Shown: piece after piece, positions 19,689 to 29,791 of the stretch | Position numbering within the stretch: position 1 is the first letter of the stretch | Layout: every line of letters begins with the position of its first letter | Assembly (NCBI GenBank): GCA_022841465.1 | Contig: JALHRL010000003.1 | Coordinates: forward strand, 91,571-155,570 | Reading direction: 5' to 3' | DNA length: 64,000 nt | Source: Bacteroidia bacterium | Lineage (GTDB): Bacteria > Bacteroidota > Bacteroidia > B-17B0 > Aurantibacillaceae | The notes under the pieces: model-generated | The model's input: the letters and a program-made list of their open reading frames with translations, nothing else | Told to the model about the DNA's origin: nothing | Database searches by the model: none | Position numbers and translations under genes: made by a program

Positions 19689-20435
19689 TTATTTTGTTTT
19701 ATAAATTTCACTTTTCATTAAGCCCAATTTATTGAAAAAATGAACAAAAGAAGTGCCTAATACACCCATGCCATACTTGGCGCTTCTGCTGAAGTTAATA
19801 CTACTTGCCTCCGGGAAATATTTGGTAGGACAGGTTACTTCTGCAATTTCAAATCCGGCATAAAATATCTGAGAAATCATTTGGTTATCAAACACAAAAT
19901 CATCTGAATTGGCATGATAATTAATTTTATTTAAAACTTCTTTGCTAAAAGCCCTATAGCCGGTGTGGTATTCAGATAATTTTTGATTCACCAAAACATT
20001 TTGAGTAAAGGTTAGCATACGGTTAAAAATATATTTATACATCGGCATTCCGCCTTTTAGGGCACCCTTGCCTAAAATTCTGGAACCAAATGCCACCGGA
20101 TATAAATCGTTTGCAATTAAATAACTTAAACTTTGTATCAACTTTGGGGTGTACTGATAATCGGGGTGTAACATAATTACAATATCAGCGTTTAGCGATA
20201 GCGCGGTATCATAACACGTTTTTTGATTACCCCCGTAACCCTTGTTTTTTTCATGTTTAATAATGTGTTTAATTCCTAGGCTCTGCCCTACTTCCACTGT
20301 ATTATCCTTGCTGCAATCATCAACCAATACTACATCATCTACAATATCAAAAGGAATTTCTTCATACGTCTTTTTCAACGTAAGTGCTGCGTTATACGCA
20401 GGCAATACTACTACTAGCTTTTTACCGTTAATCAT
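19689..20435 (-). CDS. Family 2 glycosyltransferase (dolichyl/polyprenyl-phosphate sugar transferase-like)
   Basis: 248 aa. VVLPAYNAALTL, VLVDDCSKDNT and a DxD-type region, i.e. the GT-A fold signature. Confidence 0.85.
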   Translation of the reverse strand: MINGKKLVVVLPAYNAALTLKKTYEEIPFDIVDDVVLVDDCSKDNTVEVGQSLGIKHIIKHEKNKGYGGNQKTCYDTALSLNADIVIMLHPDYQYTPKLIQSLSYLIANDLYPVAFGSRILGKGALKGGMPMYKYIFNRMLTFTQNVLVNQKLSEYHTGYRAFSKEVLNKINYHANSDDFVFDNQMISQIFYAGFEIAEVTCPTKYFPEASSINFSRSAKYGMGVLGTSFVHFFNKLGLMKSEIYKTK

Positions 20436-20512
20436 ATGCTAACAAAAATAACAAACATTGTGAAATTAATGCTAATTTTCCGATTAAGAAATCTTATTTT
20501 TAAACGAAATTT

Positions 20513-21964
20513 GTGAAATTAAAAAAATTACATACCCTACTAATTTCCAGCTTTATACCCCCGTTTTTAGCTACTCTTTTTGTAAGCGTTTTTTTATTTT
20601 TTCTTGTGCAAATTGTTATTACCTATTTAGATGAGCTTATTGGGAAAGGCCTTAAAACACTGGATTTGTTTCAATTGTTTGCGTATGCGTGGACTGCCAT
20701 TATTCCCCAATGTATACCATTGGCGGTGCTTTTAGCTTCTATTATGACTTTTGGAAACTTGGCGGAAAATTATGAATTAGCTGCTATGAAATCTTCCGGT
20801 CTTTCACTTTTCAGAATTATGAAACCTCTTATTTTACTTATTATTCTATTAGGGGGGTTAACCTTTTTGTTTAATAATTTTGTTTTACCTGTTGTGCATT
20901 TAAAATCCTCATCGCTTTTATATGATATAAGACAAAAAAAACCCAGCGTAAATATAAAAGAAGGAATTTTTTACAGCGGAATAGATAATTATACCATACG
21001 TGTTGGATCAAAATCAAAAAACAAGGATACCTTAAAAGATGTAATTATTTACGATCACAGCGATAACAATGGAAACACTATACAAAATTATGCGAAGTCG
21101 GCAAAAATGACCACCACCTCTGATACCAGTAATTTGGTGATTTTTTTATTCAACGGTAATCTTTATGAAACCAAACCAAACCAAGCCGGTTCACAAAAAA
21201 CAAAAGCACTTACAATTTTAAATTATAAACGCTTGCAGGTAAATATAGAATTAAATGATTTTAAATTAAAACGTACAGACGAGAGCCTTTTTAAAGGACA
21301 TGAAGAAATGATGAACATTTGGCAAATTGATTCGGTTTCCGATTCAACCAGAAGAAAAGTAGCTAGCCTTGATAAAAACTTTTACAATCAATCTAAAGAA
21401 TATTTTTTTGCACGTTCCAGGTTCTTAAATCCTTCAGAAAAAAAACACCCAATGGTTATGGTTGATTCTGCCATTAAAAGTATTTCATCACAAGAAGATT
21501 ACAACAGAGTGTATGAATATGCTTTAAATGTTACCAGAAATAACATTGGGTCTATTGAAAATGCCAATCATAATAAAAAAATGGAAATAGACAGTTTATT
21601 GCGTTTTGATATTGAGTGGCATAAAAAAATTGTTGTTTGCTTTGCTTGTATTGTTCTATTTTTTATTGGCGCTCCCTTAGGTGCCATCATTAAAAAAGGC
21701 GGATTGGGTTTGCCCGTTGTTACAGCAGTGTTTTTCTTTTTAGCTTATTACATACTTACTGAAGCTTTTATGGCATTGGCAATAGAAGGCGAAATTAAAC
21801 CTTGGCTGGGCTTATGGGCACCCCTCATTATTTTTTTACCAATAAGTGTTTTTTTAACGTACAAAGCCGCTAAAGATTCTGTACTTTTTGATGCAACCAC
21901 TTATATTTTGTTTTTTGAAAAGTTTAAACGTAAAAAATTAAATGAAAATTCTGCAAATTTGTAA
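20513..21964 (+). CDS. LptF/LptG (YjgP/YjgQ) family LPS export permease
   Basis: 483 aa, GTG start. Three N-terminal TMs, a large periplasmic beta-rich insert and three C-terminal TMs, the typical family architecture. Confidence 0.75.
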   Translation: MKLKKLHTLLISSFIPPFLATLFVSVFLFFLVQIVITYLDELIGKGLKTLDLFQLFAYAWTAIIPQCIPLAVLLASIMTFGNLAENYELAAMKSSGLSLFRIMKPLILLIILLGGLTFLFNNFVLPVVHLKSSSLLYDIRQKKPSVNIKEGIFYSGIDNYTIRVGSKSKNKDTLKDVIIYDHSDNNGNTIQNYAKSAKMTTTSDTSNLVIFLFNGNLYETKPNQAGSQKTKALTILNYKRLQVNIELNDFKLKRTDESLFKGHEEMMNIWQIDSVSDSTRRKVASLDKNFYNQSKEYFFARSRFLNPSEKKHPMVMVDSAIKSISSQEDYNRVYEYALNVTRNNIGSIENANHNKKMEIDSLLRFDIEWHKKIVVCFACIVLFFIGAPLGAIIKKGGLGLPVVTAVFFFLAYYILTEAFMALAIEGEIKPWLGLWAPLIIFLPISVFLTYKAAKDSVLFDATTYILFFEKFKRKKLNENSANL

Positions 21965-23141
21965 TAAGGCTCCTTACCCCGCTAACGATGGTAGTAGTAT
22001 TGCCATCTACAACATGGCAACAGGTTTAGTTGCAGCAGGAGCTGAAGTTCATTTGCTTACTATTAATACCAAAAAACATTTTAAGAGTGATAAAGATGTG
22101 CCTTTGGAATTGAAGAATAAAACAAACTATAAATCTGTATTTAAAAACACCAATACATCAGCATTAGGAGCCTTATTAAATTTGTTTACCGCAAAAAGTT
22201 ATTTCATTAGTCGCTTTTACTTTAAAGAATTTGAAACTGAATTAATTAATAAACTAAAAGAATCAACATTTGATATTGTGCAACTGGAAGGATTATTTAT
22301 GGCAGAATACATTTCGGCTATAAAAGCACACTCTAAAGCAAAAGTGGTTTTAAGAGCTCATAATATTGAATACTTAATTTGGGAACGACATTTACTAATT
22401 GAAAAAAGTTTAATTACTAAATTCTATTTAAATATTCAAAAAGAGCGATTAAAAATATTTGAGTTAGCAACCTTTAAAAAAGTGGATGCAGTTGTTACTA
22501 TAACTGCAGCAGATCAACAATTTATTGAAAAAGCAGGTATCAAAACGAAAGTTTTTACAAGCATAACAGGAGTAAACATTTCAGAATACAATTTACCGGA
22601 CGCACAGAAAAACTTAAAAAGTATTTTTTGTTTTGGATCAATGGATTGGATGCCGAACCAAGAAGCCGTGGATTGGTTTTTAGAAAATTGTTGGCATAAA
22701 ATAAAAGTAGTTAATCCGGAATGCACCTTTGTAATTGCCGGCAGAAATATGCCTGAACGTTATAAAAGCTTAAATTTAAATGGTGTACAGGTAATTGAAA
22801 ACGTGAGCGACAACAAGCTTTTTTATGCCCAACACCATATTATGTTAGTGCCATTGCTTTCCGGAAGTGGTTTAAGAATAAAAATTATTGAAGGTATGTC
22901 GCTAGGTAAAGCAATTGTATCAACAGCCATAGGGGCAGAAGGTGTTTTTGCAGAACATGGCAAAGAAATAATTATAGCCAATACTTCTACAGAATTTATT
23001 GATGCAGTAGATCAATTACTAAATAACCAAAACCTAACTGAAAGTATAGAAATTAACGCAAAAAATTATGCTAAATTAAATTTTAATAATTTAGAAGTTT
23101 CAACAAAGCTCTTAGGTTTTTATAATTCATTAGTAAATTGA
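21942..23141 (+). CDS. Family 1 (GT4-like) glycosyltransferase
   Basis: 399 aa. N-terminus KILQICNKAPYPANDGSSI. C-terminal GT-B region with MLVPLLSGSGLRIKIIEGMSLGKAIVST (E-x7-E-like motif). Confidence 0.85.
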   Translation: MKILQICNKAPYPANDGSSIAIYNMATGLVAAGAEVHLLTINTKKHFKSDKDVPLELKNKTNYKSVFKNTNTSALGALLNLFTAKSYFISRFYFKEFETELINKLKESTFDIVQLEGLFMAEYISAIKAHSKAKVVLRAHNIEYLIWERHLLIEKSLITKFYLNIQKERLKIFELATFKKVDAVVTITAADQQFIEKAGIKTKVFTSITGVNISEYNLPDAQKNLKSIFCFGSMDWMPNQEAVDWFLENCWHKIKVVNPECTFVIAGRNMPERYKSLNLNGVQVIENVSDNKLFYAQHHIMLVPLLSGSGLRIKIIEGMSLGKAIVSTAIGAEGVFAEHGKEIIIANTSTEFIDAVDQLLNNQNLTESIEINAKNYAKLNFNNLEVSTKLLGFYNSLVN

Positions 23142-24289
23142 CAAACATCATTTACATATTGCTTTTTGTTTCTGTGTATGGGATTCTTCATAGCTACTTG
23201 GTTTATCCCCTGCAAATGATTTTACTCTCCAATAAAAAAAGAAAAGTACAAGAAAGTAATAATGGTTTTAAAGTTGGGATTTTAATTGCTGCTTATAACG
23301 AAGAAAAAGTTATAGGAGAAAAACTGGAAAGCATTTTAAAATCAGATTATCCATTAGATAAAATAAGTATATACATTGGCTCCGATGCTTCAACCGATAA
23401 AACAAACTCCATTATTGAAGCGTTTACTAAAAACTATAACAACATACATTTAATTAACTTTAAAGGCAGAACCGGAAAAGCTGCCATCATAAATAAACTA
23501 GCAGAAGGCTCTACCGAAGAAATTTTTATACTTACAGATGCCAATGTTTTATTTGAAAAAGGAACAATTTCTAATCTTGTAAAACATTTTTCAAATCCTC
23601 AAGTTCACCAGGTGTGTGCAAACATAATAAAGGTTTCAGATAAAAACTTAAGCATACAACCCTTAGAAAAAAGCTACCTAAACATTGAAAACAAAATTAA
23701 ATATTCAGAAAGTTTAAATTGGGAATTGGTTATTGGCGCAGAAGGAGGGTGTTATGCCATAAGAAAACAAAGTTATAATCCGGTTCCGCCCAATTATTTT
23801 ATGGATGACTTTTATGTTACCATGAGTGTTTTAAGAAACAAAGGAAAAGTGCTTTTTGAAAAAGAGGCAATTTGCTACGAAGACCTTCCCTCACAATCAT
23901 CAGAAGAACATAAACGTAAAATAAGAATATCCATTGGAAACTATCAAAACCTTTCCGTTTACAAAAACCTATTGTGGCCCTTCTGGAAACCATTGGGATA
24001 TGCCTTTTTATCACATAAAGTTTTGCGTTGGTTTACTCCTTTCTTTTTAATTATAATTTTCTGTTGTTCGCTTTTACTTGCGTTAAACTCTAAGTTGTTT
24101 TTAATTGCAGCCGTTATTCAATTAGTATTATTTATACTTCCCACTTTTATAAATTACTTAAATGCAATAAAACCATTGTTATTTGTAGCTCATTTCTACA
24201 ACATGAATTTTGCATTATTAAAAGGTTTTATTGTTTATAAAAAAGGCGTTAAATCAAGCGTTTGGGAACCTACAAAAAGAAATGCGTAA
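23138..24289 (+). CDS. Membrane-bound family 2 glycosyltransferase
   Basis: 383 aa. N-terminal TM, ILIAAYNEEKVI, GSDASTDKT, LTDANV (DxD-like) and C-terminal TM segments. TTG start overlaps the previous stop (TTGA). Confidence 0.8.
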   Translation: MTNIIYILLFVSVYGILHSYLVYPLQMILLSNKKRKVQESNNGFKVGILIAAYNEEKVIGEKLESILKSDYPLDKISIYIGSDASTDKTNSIIEAFTKNYNNIHLINFKGRTGKAAIINKLAEGSTEEIFILTDANVLFEKGTISNLVKHFSNPQVHQVCANIIKVSDKNLSIQPLEKSYLNIENKIKYSESLNWELVIGAEGGCYAIRKQSYNPVPPNYFMDDFYVTMSVLRNKGKVLFEKEAICYEDLPSQSSEEHKRKIRISIGNYQNLSVYKNLLWPFWKPLGYAFLSHKVLRWFTPFFLIIIFCCSLLLALNSKLFLIAAVIQLVLFILPTFINYLNAIKPLLFVAHFYNMNFALLKGFIVYKKGVKSSVWEPTKRNA

Positions 24290-25817
24290 GTTAAAATACA
24301 TACTTATTTTTTTAATTATTGGCTTTATTTCTATGGCTCAGGTTAAACCTAAAACCAAAGAAAAGAAAAAAGAGGAACCAAAAAAAGAAGTTAAAATTAT
24401 TACCGTAAAACAAGCAAACAGTTTATCTTTTGATCGATCAAAATCAGATGCACAAATCTTAAAAGGCAACGTTATTTGTGAACATGAAGGCGCGTTGTTG
24501 TATTGCGATAGCGCCTTACTCTACTCCAACAAAACAATGGAAGCGGGAGGTAATATAAGAATTACAAAAGGAGACAGTATACAGGTAACCGGAAATAAAT
24601 TAATTTACGACGCTACTACCAAGTTGGCTGTATTAGAAGGCAGTGTTGTTTGTGTTGAAAAAGACATGACCTTAACTACAAATATTTTAACTTTTGATGT
24701 TGCTAATTCTATTGCCAATTATTACAATGGTGGCACTATTGTAAATAAAGAAAATACTTTAGTAAGTAAAAATGGTCATTATTACTCTTCTACAAAAGAC
24801 ATCACTTTTCATTACGATGTTGAGTTAACCAACCCAAATTATAAAATGAAAAGCGATACGCTTAGATACAATACCATTAACAAAACAGCTTACTTTATTG
24901 GTCCAAGTATTATTATAAGTAAAAATGATTACATCTATTGCGAAAACGGTTATTACGACACGGATAAAGAAAAATCAGCCTTTAGCATAAACGCATTATT
25001 GGTTACCAAAAATCAAAAGCTAAAAGGTGATAGTTTGTTTTATGATAGAAATGCAAAACTAGGTAAAGCTTATAAAAACATTGAACTTACAGATACTTCT
25101 CAGAAATCAATCATTTATGGAAACTATGCAGAGTTCAAACAAGATAGTTCCGAAGCATTGGTAACGGATAAAGCACTTTATGCAAGAATAATAGAAAACG
25201 ACACCTTGTTTATTCACGCTGATACGCTTTATCACAGAGATTTGGATTCTGTAAATAATTTTTTAAATGCCTACCATCATGTAAGGCTGTATAAAAGCAA
25301 TTTGCAGGCTGTTTGCGATTCAGCTAGCTATAACAGTAAAGATTCATTAATGCAATTATTTAACAATCCCATACTTTGGTCAAATAAATCACAAGCTACA
25401 GCCAGCACTATTAAAATATTTTTAAATAACAATGCGTTAAAAGGCTTTTTGCTGGAAGAAAATTCCTTCTTAATAAATCAGGCTGATTCTATAGATAAAT
25501 TCAATCAAATGTCATGTAAATCCATTGAAGCATTCTTTGTAAATGATACCATAAGAAAAGCGATATTAAACGACAATGTAAGTGTGTTGTATTTTGTAAA
25601 AGAGAAAAACAGTTATGTTGGGCTAAATAAAACCACATGCAGTTTTATGAATGTTTGGTTTAAAAAGGAAGAAGTAGAAAGAGCTACCTTAAACAGTAAA
25701 CCCCAAGGAAATATAACGCCCCTAGCTGATGTAAAAAAAGAAGATTTTTTGTTAAAGGGATTTAATTGGCAATATTTAAAAAAACCAAAATCTAAATCCG
25801 ATTTATTTAAGCGTTAA
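24282..25817 (+). CDS. OstA-like (LptA/LptD N-terminal-type) periplasmic protein
   Basis: Start set to the ATG at 24282 (MRKLKYILIFLIIGFISMAQ signal peptide), which overlaps the GT2 stop by 8 nt. Repeated OstA-like beta-jellyroll segments (ILKGNVICEHEGALLYCDSA..., VTGNKLIYDATTKLAVLEGSV). Confidence 0.6.
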   Translation: MRKLKYILIFLIIGFISMAQVKPKTKEKKKEEPKKEVKIITVKQANSLSFDRSKSDAQILKGNVICEHEGALLYCDSALLYSNKTMEAGGNIRITKGDSIQVTGNKLIYDATTKLAVLEGSVVCVEKDMTLTTNILTFDVANSIANYYNGGTIVNKENTLVSKNGHYYSSTKDITFHYDVELTNPNYKMKSDTLRYNTINKTAYFIGPSIIISKNDYIYCENGYYDTDKEKSAFSINALLVTKNQKLKGDSLFYDRNAKLGKAYKNIELTDTSQKSIIYGNYAEFKQDSSEALVTDKALYARIIENDTLFIHADTLYHRDLDSVNNFLNAYHHVRLYKSNLQAVCDSASYNSKDSLMQLFNNPILWSNKSQATASTIKIFLNNNALKGFLLEENSFLINQADSIDKFNQMSCKSIEAFFVNDTIRKAILNDNVSVLYFVKEKNSYVGLNKTTCSFMNVWFKKEEVERATLNSKPQGNITPLADVKKEDFLLKGFNWQYLKKPKSKSDLFKR

Positions 25818-25819
25818 GT

Positions 25820-26572
25820 TTGTTTTCCGGAATAAAATACTCATTTATTTTTGTTGCGTTTTTAACTATTTCATACAAATCGCAGGTAATTAACATCGAA
25901 GGCAAACGTTTTTTAAATGATACAAACGGACTTGTAGGCAGAAGCGACTTTAATTTTAATGTAAATCAAAATACGCAGCAAGCTTTAACCTTAGGAATAA
26001 ATGTACATCTTCAATATAAACATAACAAACACCGGTTCTTAGCTATAAGCGATTTGGCTATTATAAAAGCAGCTAATCAAGATTATCAAAACACAGGTTA
26101 CTTACATTTTAGGTATAGTTACAAACTCCACAAACTAATTACTTGGGAAAATTTTACACAAGGGCAATACAATCGTGTTTTGCTATTAGATAAAAGATAT
26201 CTTGTGGGAACAGGGCCTAGGTTTAGAGTTATAAAAATTAAGCATTTTCGCGTTTATGCGTCAACAATGTATATGTACGAATTCCAAAGTCAGGCTTTTG
26301 AAACTATAACACAATACAACCATCGATTCAACGGATATATAACGTTAAATGTTGATTTTGACAGATTTGATTTTACCAGTACAACCTTTTACCAACCTTT
26401 GATAAATGATTTTTCAAATTACCGAATTGCAACCGATAATAACGTTGATATTTCGATCAATCATCGTTTTAATTTTAGAATTGGCTTAAATCTGCTTTAC
26501 GATACCAAACAACCATCGGGAATTCCATCGTTGGTTTATATATTTAGAAACGGAATTAGCTTCCGTTTCTAA
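25820..26572 (+). CDS. Outer-membrane beta-barrel protein, DUF481-like
   Basis: 250 aa, TTG start, signal peptide. Alternating beta-strand pattern ending in an aromatic residue (ISFRF). Confidence 0.45.
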   Translation: MFSGIKYSFIFVAFLTISYKSQVINIEGKRFLNDTNGLVGRSDFNFNVNQNTQQALTLGINVHLQYKHNKHRFLAISDLAIIKAANQDYQNTGYLHFRYSYKLHKLITWENFTQGQYNRVLLLDKRYLVGTGPRFRVIKIKHFRVYASTMYMYEFQSQAFETITQYNHRFNGYITLNVDFDRFDFTSTTFYQPLINDFSNYRIATDNNVDISINHRFNFRIGLNLLYDTKQPSGIPSLVYIFRNGISFRF

Positions 26573-26582
26573 ATAAAATAAT

Positions 26583-29500
26583 TTATTCTTTAATTACCTT
26601 AATACTTTTTAAAACCGTATTATTTTCATCTTTAATATTTAAGAAATAAATACCTGGAGAATACTGTTTTAAATTTACTTCATTAGTATTAGAAATAATT
26701 TGATTTGATAGAATAATTTTACCTGCAACATCTACCAACTCATAGTTCATGGATTTATCTGCATTTTTTATTACAATATAATCACTGGCAGGATTTGGGT
26801 AAACAATAACTTGTTGTGCTAAAATACTTAAAGCATCTAACCCGGTGCAATCACTAACATTAAATACAATATTAGTACTATTAGAGCATGAATTACCGTC
26901 GGTATAATTATAAGTAACTGTAAAGGTGCCTATTCCAACAGAAGGATCAAAAGTATTTCCCGTAACTCCGGTACCACTAAATGTACCTCCACTTGGCGTC
27001 CCTGTCATGTTAACTAAAACTCCTGAGTGACAAACTGTAGTGCTTGCAACTGAAATGCCTACGTTAGGCAATGGATTTATAACAGCGGTAACAGGTACAG
27101 CAGCACTAAAACAATCTGCCTTTTTTACTTTCCAATTGTAAAACCAATAATAAAATGCAGCGCCCGCACTTGAACCTGTTAAATTTACTACTGAGCCAAT
27201 ATTATAAGGATAAGCTACTAATGTATTTGTTCTGTATAAACTTAAATTAGTATTGGCACTTAATCCTAATCTATAATTAGTTCCTAGATTTAAATTAAAG
27301 TTTAAAGCAACCGTGTTTGCCCCTGCTGTTAATGCAACAACACTAGAACTTAAAACAGTGTTTGCAGAATTTCGCATTTGCACCGTGGCATTACCCGCGG
27401 CAGAAGCATACATTACAACTTGCTCTAAGGTTCCGGCTTGTGTTACATCAAAAATAATATAATGAGAAGAATTATTAAGATTTCCTCCGTTAACATTAGA
27501 TGCTATACCGCCAAATGCCGGAGCATTAGTAGTTGTATTAACAACATAATAAGTTGTTGAATTAGTTAAGTTAGACGTAGTATAAGAATTGCCTGTACCC
27601 ACTTGATTGGTTAATGATGCATTGCTAAACCATTTAATATTATCAGGCGCATTTGCATTTAAAACTAATGAACCACTTTGACAGGTAGAAGCACCTGTTG
27701 CAGTAGGATTTGCAGGAGCATTAATAACAATATAAGCTGTTTTAATAATACTATCAACTCCTGTTGTACAACCAGTAGCTTTTAATTTTACATGGTAAGT
27801 GCCATTAGCTGTATAAGAGTGCGCTGCATTTGTAGCAGTTGATGTTCCGCCATCACCAAAATACCAGGTATAAGTTAAACCGCTTGCAGTGGTATTATTA
27901 AAATTTACATTCGCCGGAAGAACACAGCTACTGGTTAAATTTGCATCAAAATCAGGATTTATGGCTGCGGCAGAATATGCTGCACCAACACCAACTGCAT
28001 ACCATGCATTTGTTGTTTGAATTACTTCGTTACTACAAGGACCAAATAAATCTTTTGCAGCTTGAATAGAAAGTATTCTGGCATTTGCAAAATTTGTTGA
28101 TGGTGTATAATAAACCGTTAAAGCTCTAAAGGCAATTCGCGCAGCACTTGTCATACCTAATCCATTAACTGTGTAAGAACTTGCAATATCATTCGTTCCT
28201 GTACCACCTGCCGTTAATAAATAAAACCAAAAATTACTTACGCCACTGTTAGTGTGAACGCCGCCATTGTCATTTGTTCCGGTATAATAATTTGTTCCTA
28301 AATAAGTATCCGGATGATTAAATTGATTTGGGTTTTGCATGTTTCGAATACCGTTTCCGCTTGGTGTAATTTCAGGACCAATCTTCCAATCCCACGAAGA
28401 AGGTTTTGCATAACTTTCAATGCACGTTCCAAAAATATCTGAATAACTTTCGTTTAATGCACCAGATTGATTGCTGTAAATTAATTGAGAGGTGTTAGAG
28501 GTTAAGCCATGCGTAACTTCATGCCCACAAACATCTAACCCTGTTAAAATTGTAAAGGTTGTTCCATTTCCATCACCATAAGTCATTCTTTGTCCGTCCC
28601 AAAAAGCATTATTATAATTGGTGTTATAATGCACATAGCTTAATAATTTAAAGCCATTGTTATCGATACTGTTGCGGTTATGTATATTCCAATAATAATC
28701 GTATGTTTTTTCAGCTCCCCAATGCGCGTCTGTTGCCGCTTGATCAACACCGGTTGTTGTCCATGAAGTTGAGCTACTTGTAAAATCAGTTGCCGCACCA
28801 TAATTAGAACCATTGTTTAAATTAAACGTTTCAATACCATTGCCGCGTTGCGTTTCTCTTAAACGATAATTTGTTGGTGTTTGATCACACGTTAACGTTT
28901 GTGTTCCGCTGTATTTTGTTAAGGCTGTACCTGTAATATCGGCAGTACAAATTAAATTGTATTCTTGCAAAACTTTACCCGTGTTTGCGTCAACAAAAAC
29001 ATTTGCTCTGTACAAAGGCTCTTCAGCATAAATATTAAACATCCAAGCCGGTAAATTTTTTCCATCTTGATTAAATACTACTTTTTTTCCTGTTGGGTAA
29101 TAAGAAAAACCGGGCTGGTTTAAAGCTTCTCTCATGTGATTTTCTTCTTGTTTATTTTCCCACTTGTACTTTTTAGCATTAATTTTTTTTATTGCGTTTT
29201 GTAAAGCTGTTTGTTCAGTAATGCTAAACTGACCATCAATAGCGCCATAATCAGATAAATCACCATTTACTGAAACTAACTTTCCGTTTTTACAATGTGC
29301 AATTATTTGCTTACCAAATAAGGTCAACTCATTTTTCTTAAGCTCATATCTAATATGTGTGTAACCAAGCTCATCTACCTCCTTTGTGATTAGAGAAACC
29401 CTAATTCCGGTATTGCTTAAAATGAAAGAATTCACAAAAGCTTCCGTTTCTGTATCCGGCACTTGATGCGTTTCTTTTAATTGCATGTATAATAGTTTCT

Positions 29501-29609
29501 TTTCATCACTAAAAGTTAACTCGTTAGCGTATTGCGAAAATTTAAAATGAATTTGTGCATTAATTGAGAAAGCAATTAGCAAACTTAAAAAGAAGTATAT
29601 TTTTTTCAT
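26583..29609 (-). CDS. Secreted M4 (thermolysin-like) zinc metalloprotease with PKD-like/Ig-like domains and a T9SS type A C-terminal sorting domain
   Basis: 1008 aa with signal peptide. HExxH in VCGHEVTHGLT, third zinc ligand in GALNESYSDIFG. PKD-like YTWYFGDGGTS. C-terminus VIVYPNPASDYIVI...GIYFLNIKD...IKVIKE. Confidence 0.9.
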   Translation of the reverse strand: MKKIYFFLSLLIAFSINAQIHFKFSQYANELTFSDEKKLLYMQLKETHQVPDTETEAFVNSFILSNTGIRVSLITKEVDELGYTHIRYELKKNELTLFGKQIIAHCKNGKLVSVNGDLSDYGAIDGQFSITEQTALQNAIKKINAKKYKWENKQEENHMREALNQPGFSYYPTGKKVVFNQDGKNLPAWMFNIYAEEPLYRANVFVDANTGKVLQEYNLICTADITGTALTKYSGTQTLTCDQTPTNYRLRETQRGNGIETFNLNNGSNYGAATDFTSSSTSWTTTGVDQAATDAHWGAEKTYDYYWNIHNRNSIDNNGFKLLSYVHYNTNYNNAFWDGQRMTYGDGNGTTFTILTGLDVCGHEVTHGLTSNTSQLIYSNQSGALNESYSDIFGTCIESYAKPSSWDWKIGPEITPSGNGIRNMQNPNQFNHPDTYLGTNYYTGTNDNGGVHTNSGVSNFWFYLLTAGGTGTNDIASSYTVNGLGMTSAARIAFRALTVYYTPSTNFANARILSIQAAKDLFGPCSNEVIQTTNAWYAVGVGAAYSAAAINPDFDANLTSSCVLPANVNFNNTTASGLTYTWYFGDGGTSTATNAAHSYTANGTYHVKLKATGCTTGVDSIIKTAYIVINAPANPTATGASTCQSGSLVLNANAPDNIKWFSNASLTNQVGTGNSYTTSNLTNSTTYYVVNTTTNAPAFGGIASNVNGGNLNNSSHYIIFDVTQAGTLEQVVMYASAAGNATVQMRNSANTVLSSSVVALTAGANTVALNFNLNLGTNYRLGLSANTNLSLYRTNTLVAYPYNIGSVVNLTGSSAGAAFYYWFYNWKVKKADCFSAAVPVTAVINPLPNVGISVASTTVCHSGVLVNMTGTPSGGTFSGTGVTGNTFDPSVGIGTFTVTYNYTDGNSCSNSTNIVFNVSDCTGLDALSILAQQVIVYPNPASDYIVIKNADKSMNYELVDVAGKIILSNQIISNTNEVNLKQYSPGIYFLNIKDENNTVLKSIKVIKE

Positions 29610-29791
29610 GGATGTGGTATTTAACTAAACAAGGTAGAAAAAAAGAATTTAAATGTCAATACAAGTGCTCATTTTTTAACGAATTGAGACTAAAGGTTAA
29701 AAAAATTCGACTAAATTTTAGATTTAACATTTATCGTATATTGAAATAGGTGATTCCATTTACTATCTTAGCTCATCTTAAAAAAAAGAAA

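Noticed and set aside
29564-29749. 61-aa ORF spanning the divergent protease intergenic region
   Set aside because: It overlaps the M4 protease start. It has a basic low-complexity composition and is simply the open stretch preceding the ORF-track GTG at 29750. The real downstream start is better placed at 29792, which has a proper signal peptide.
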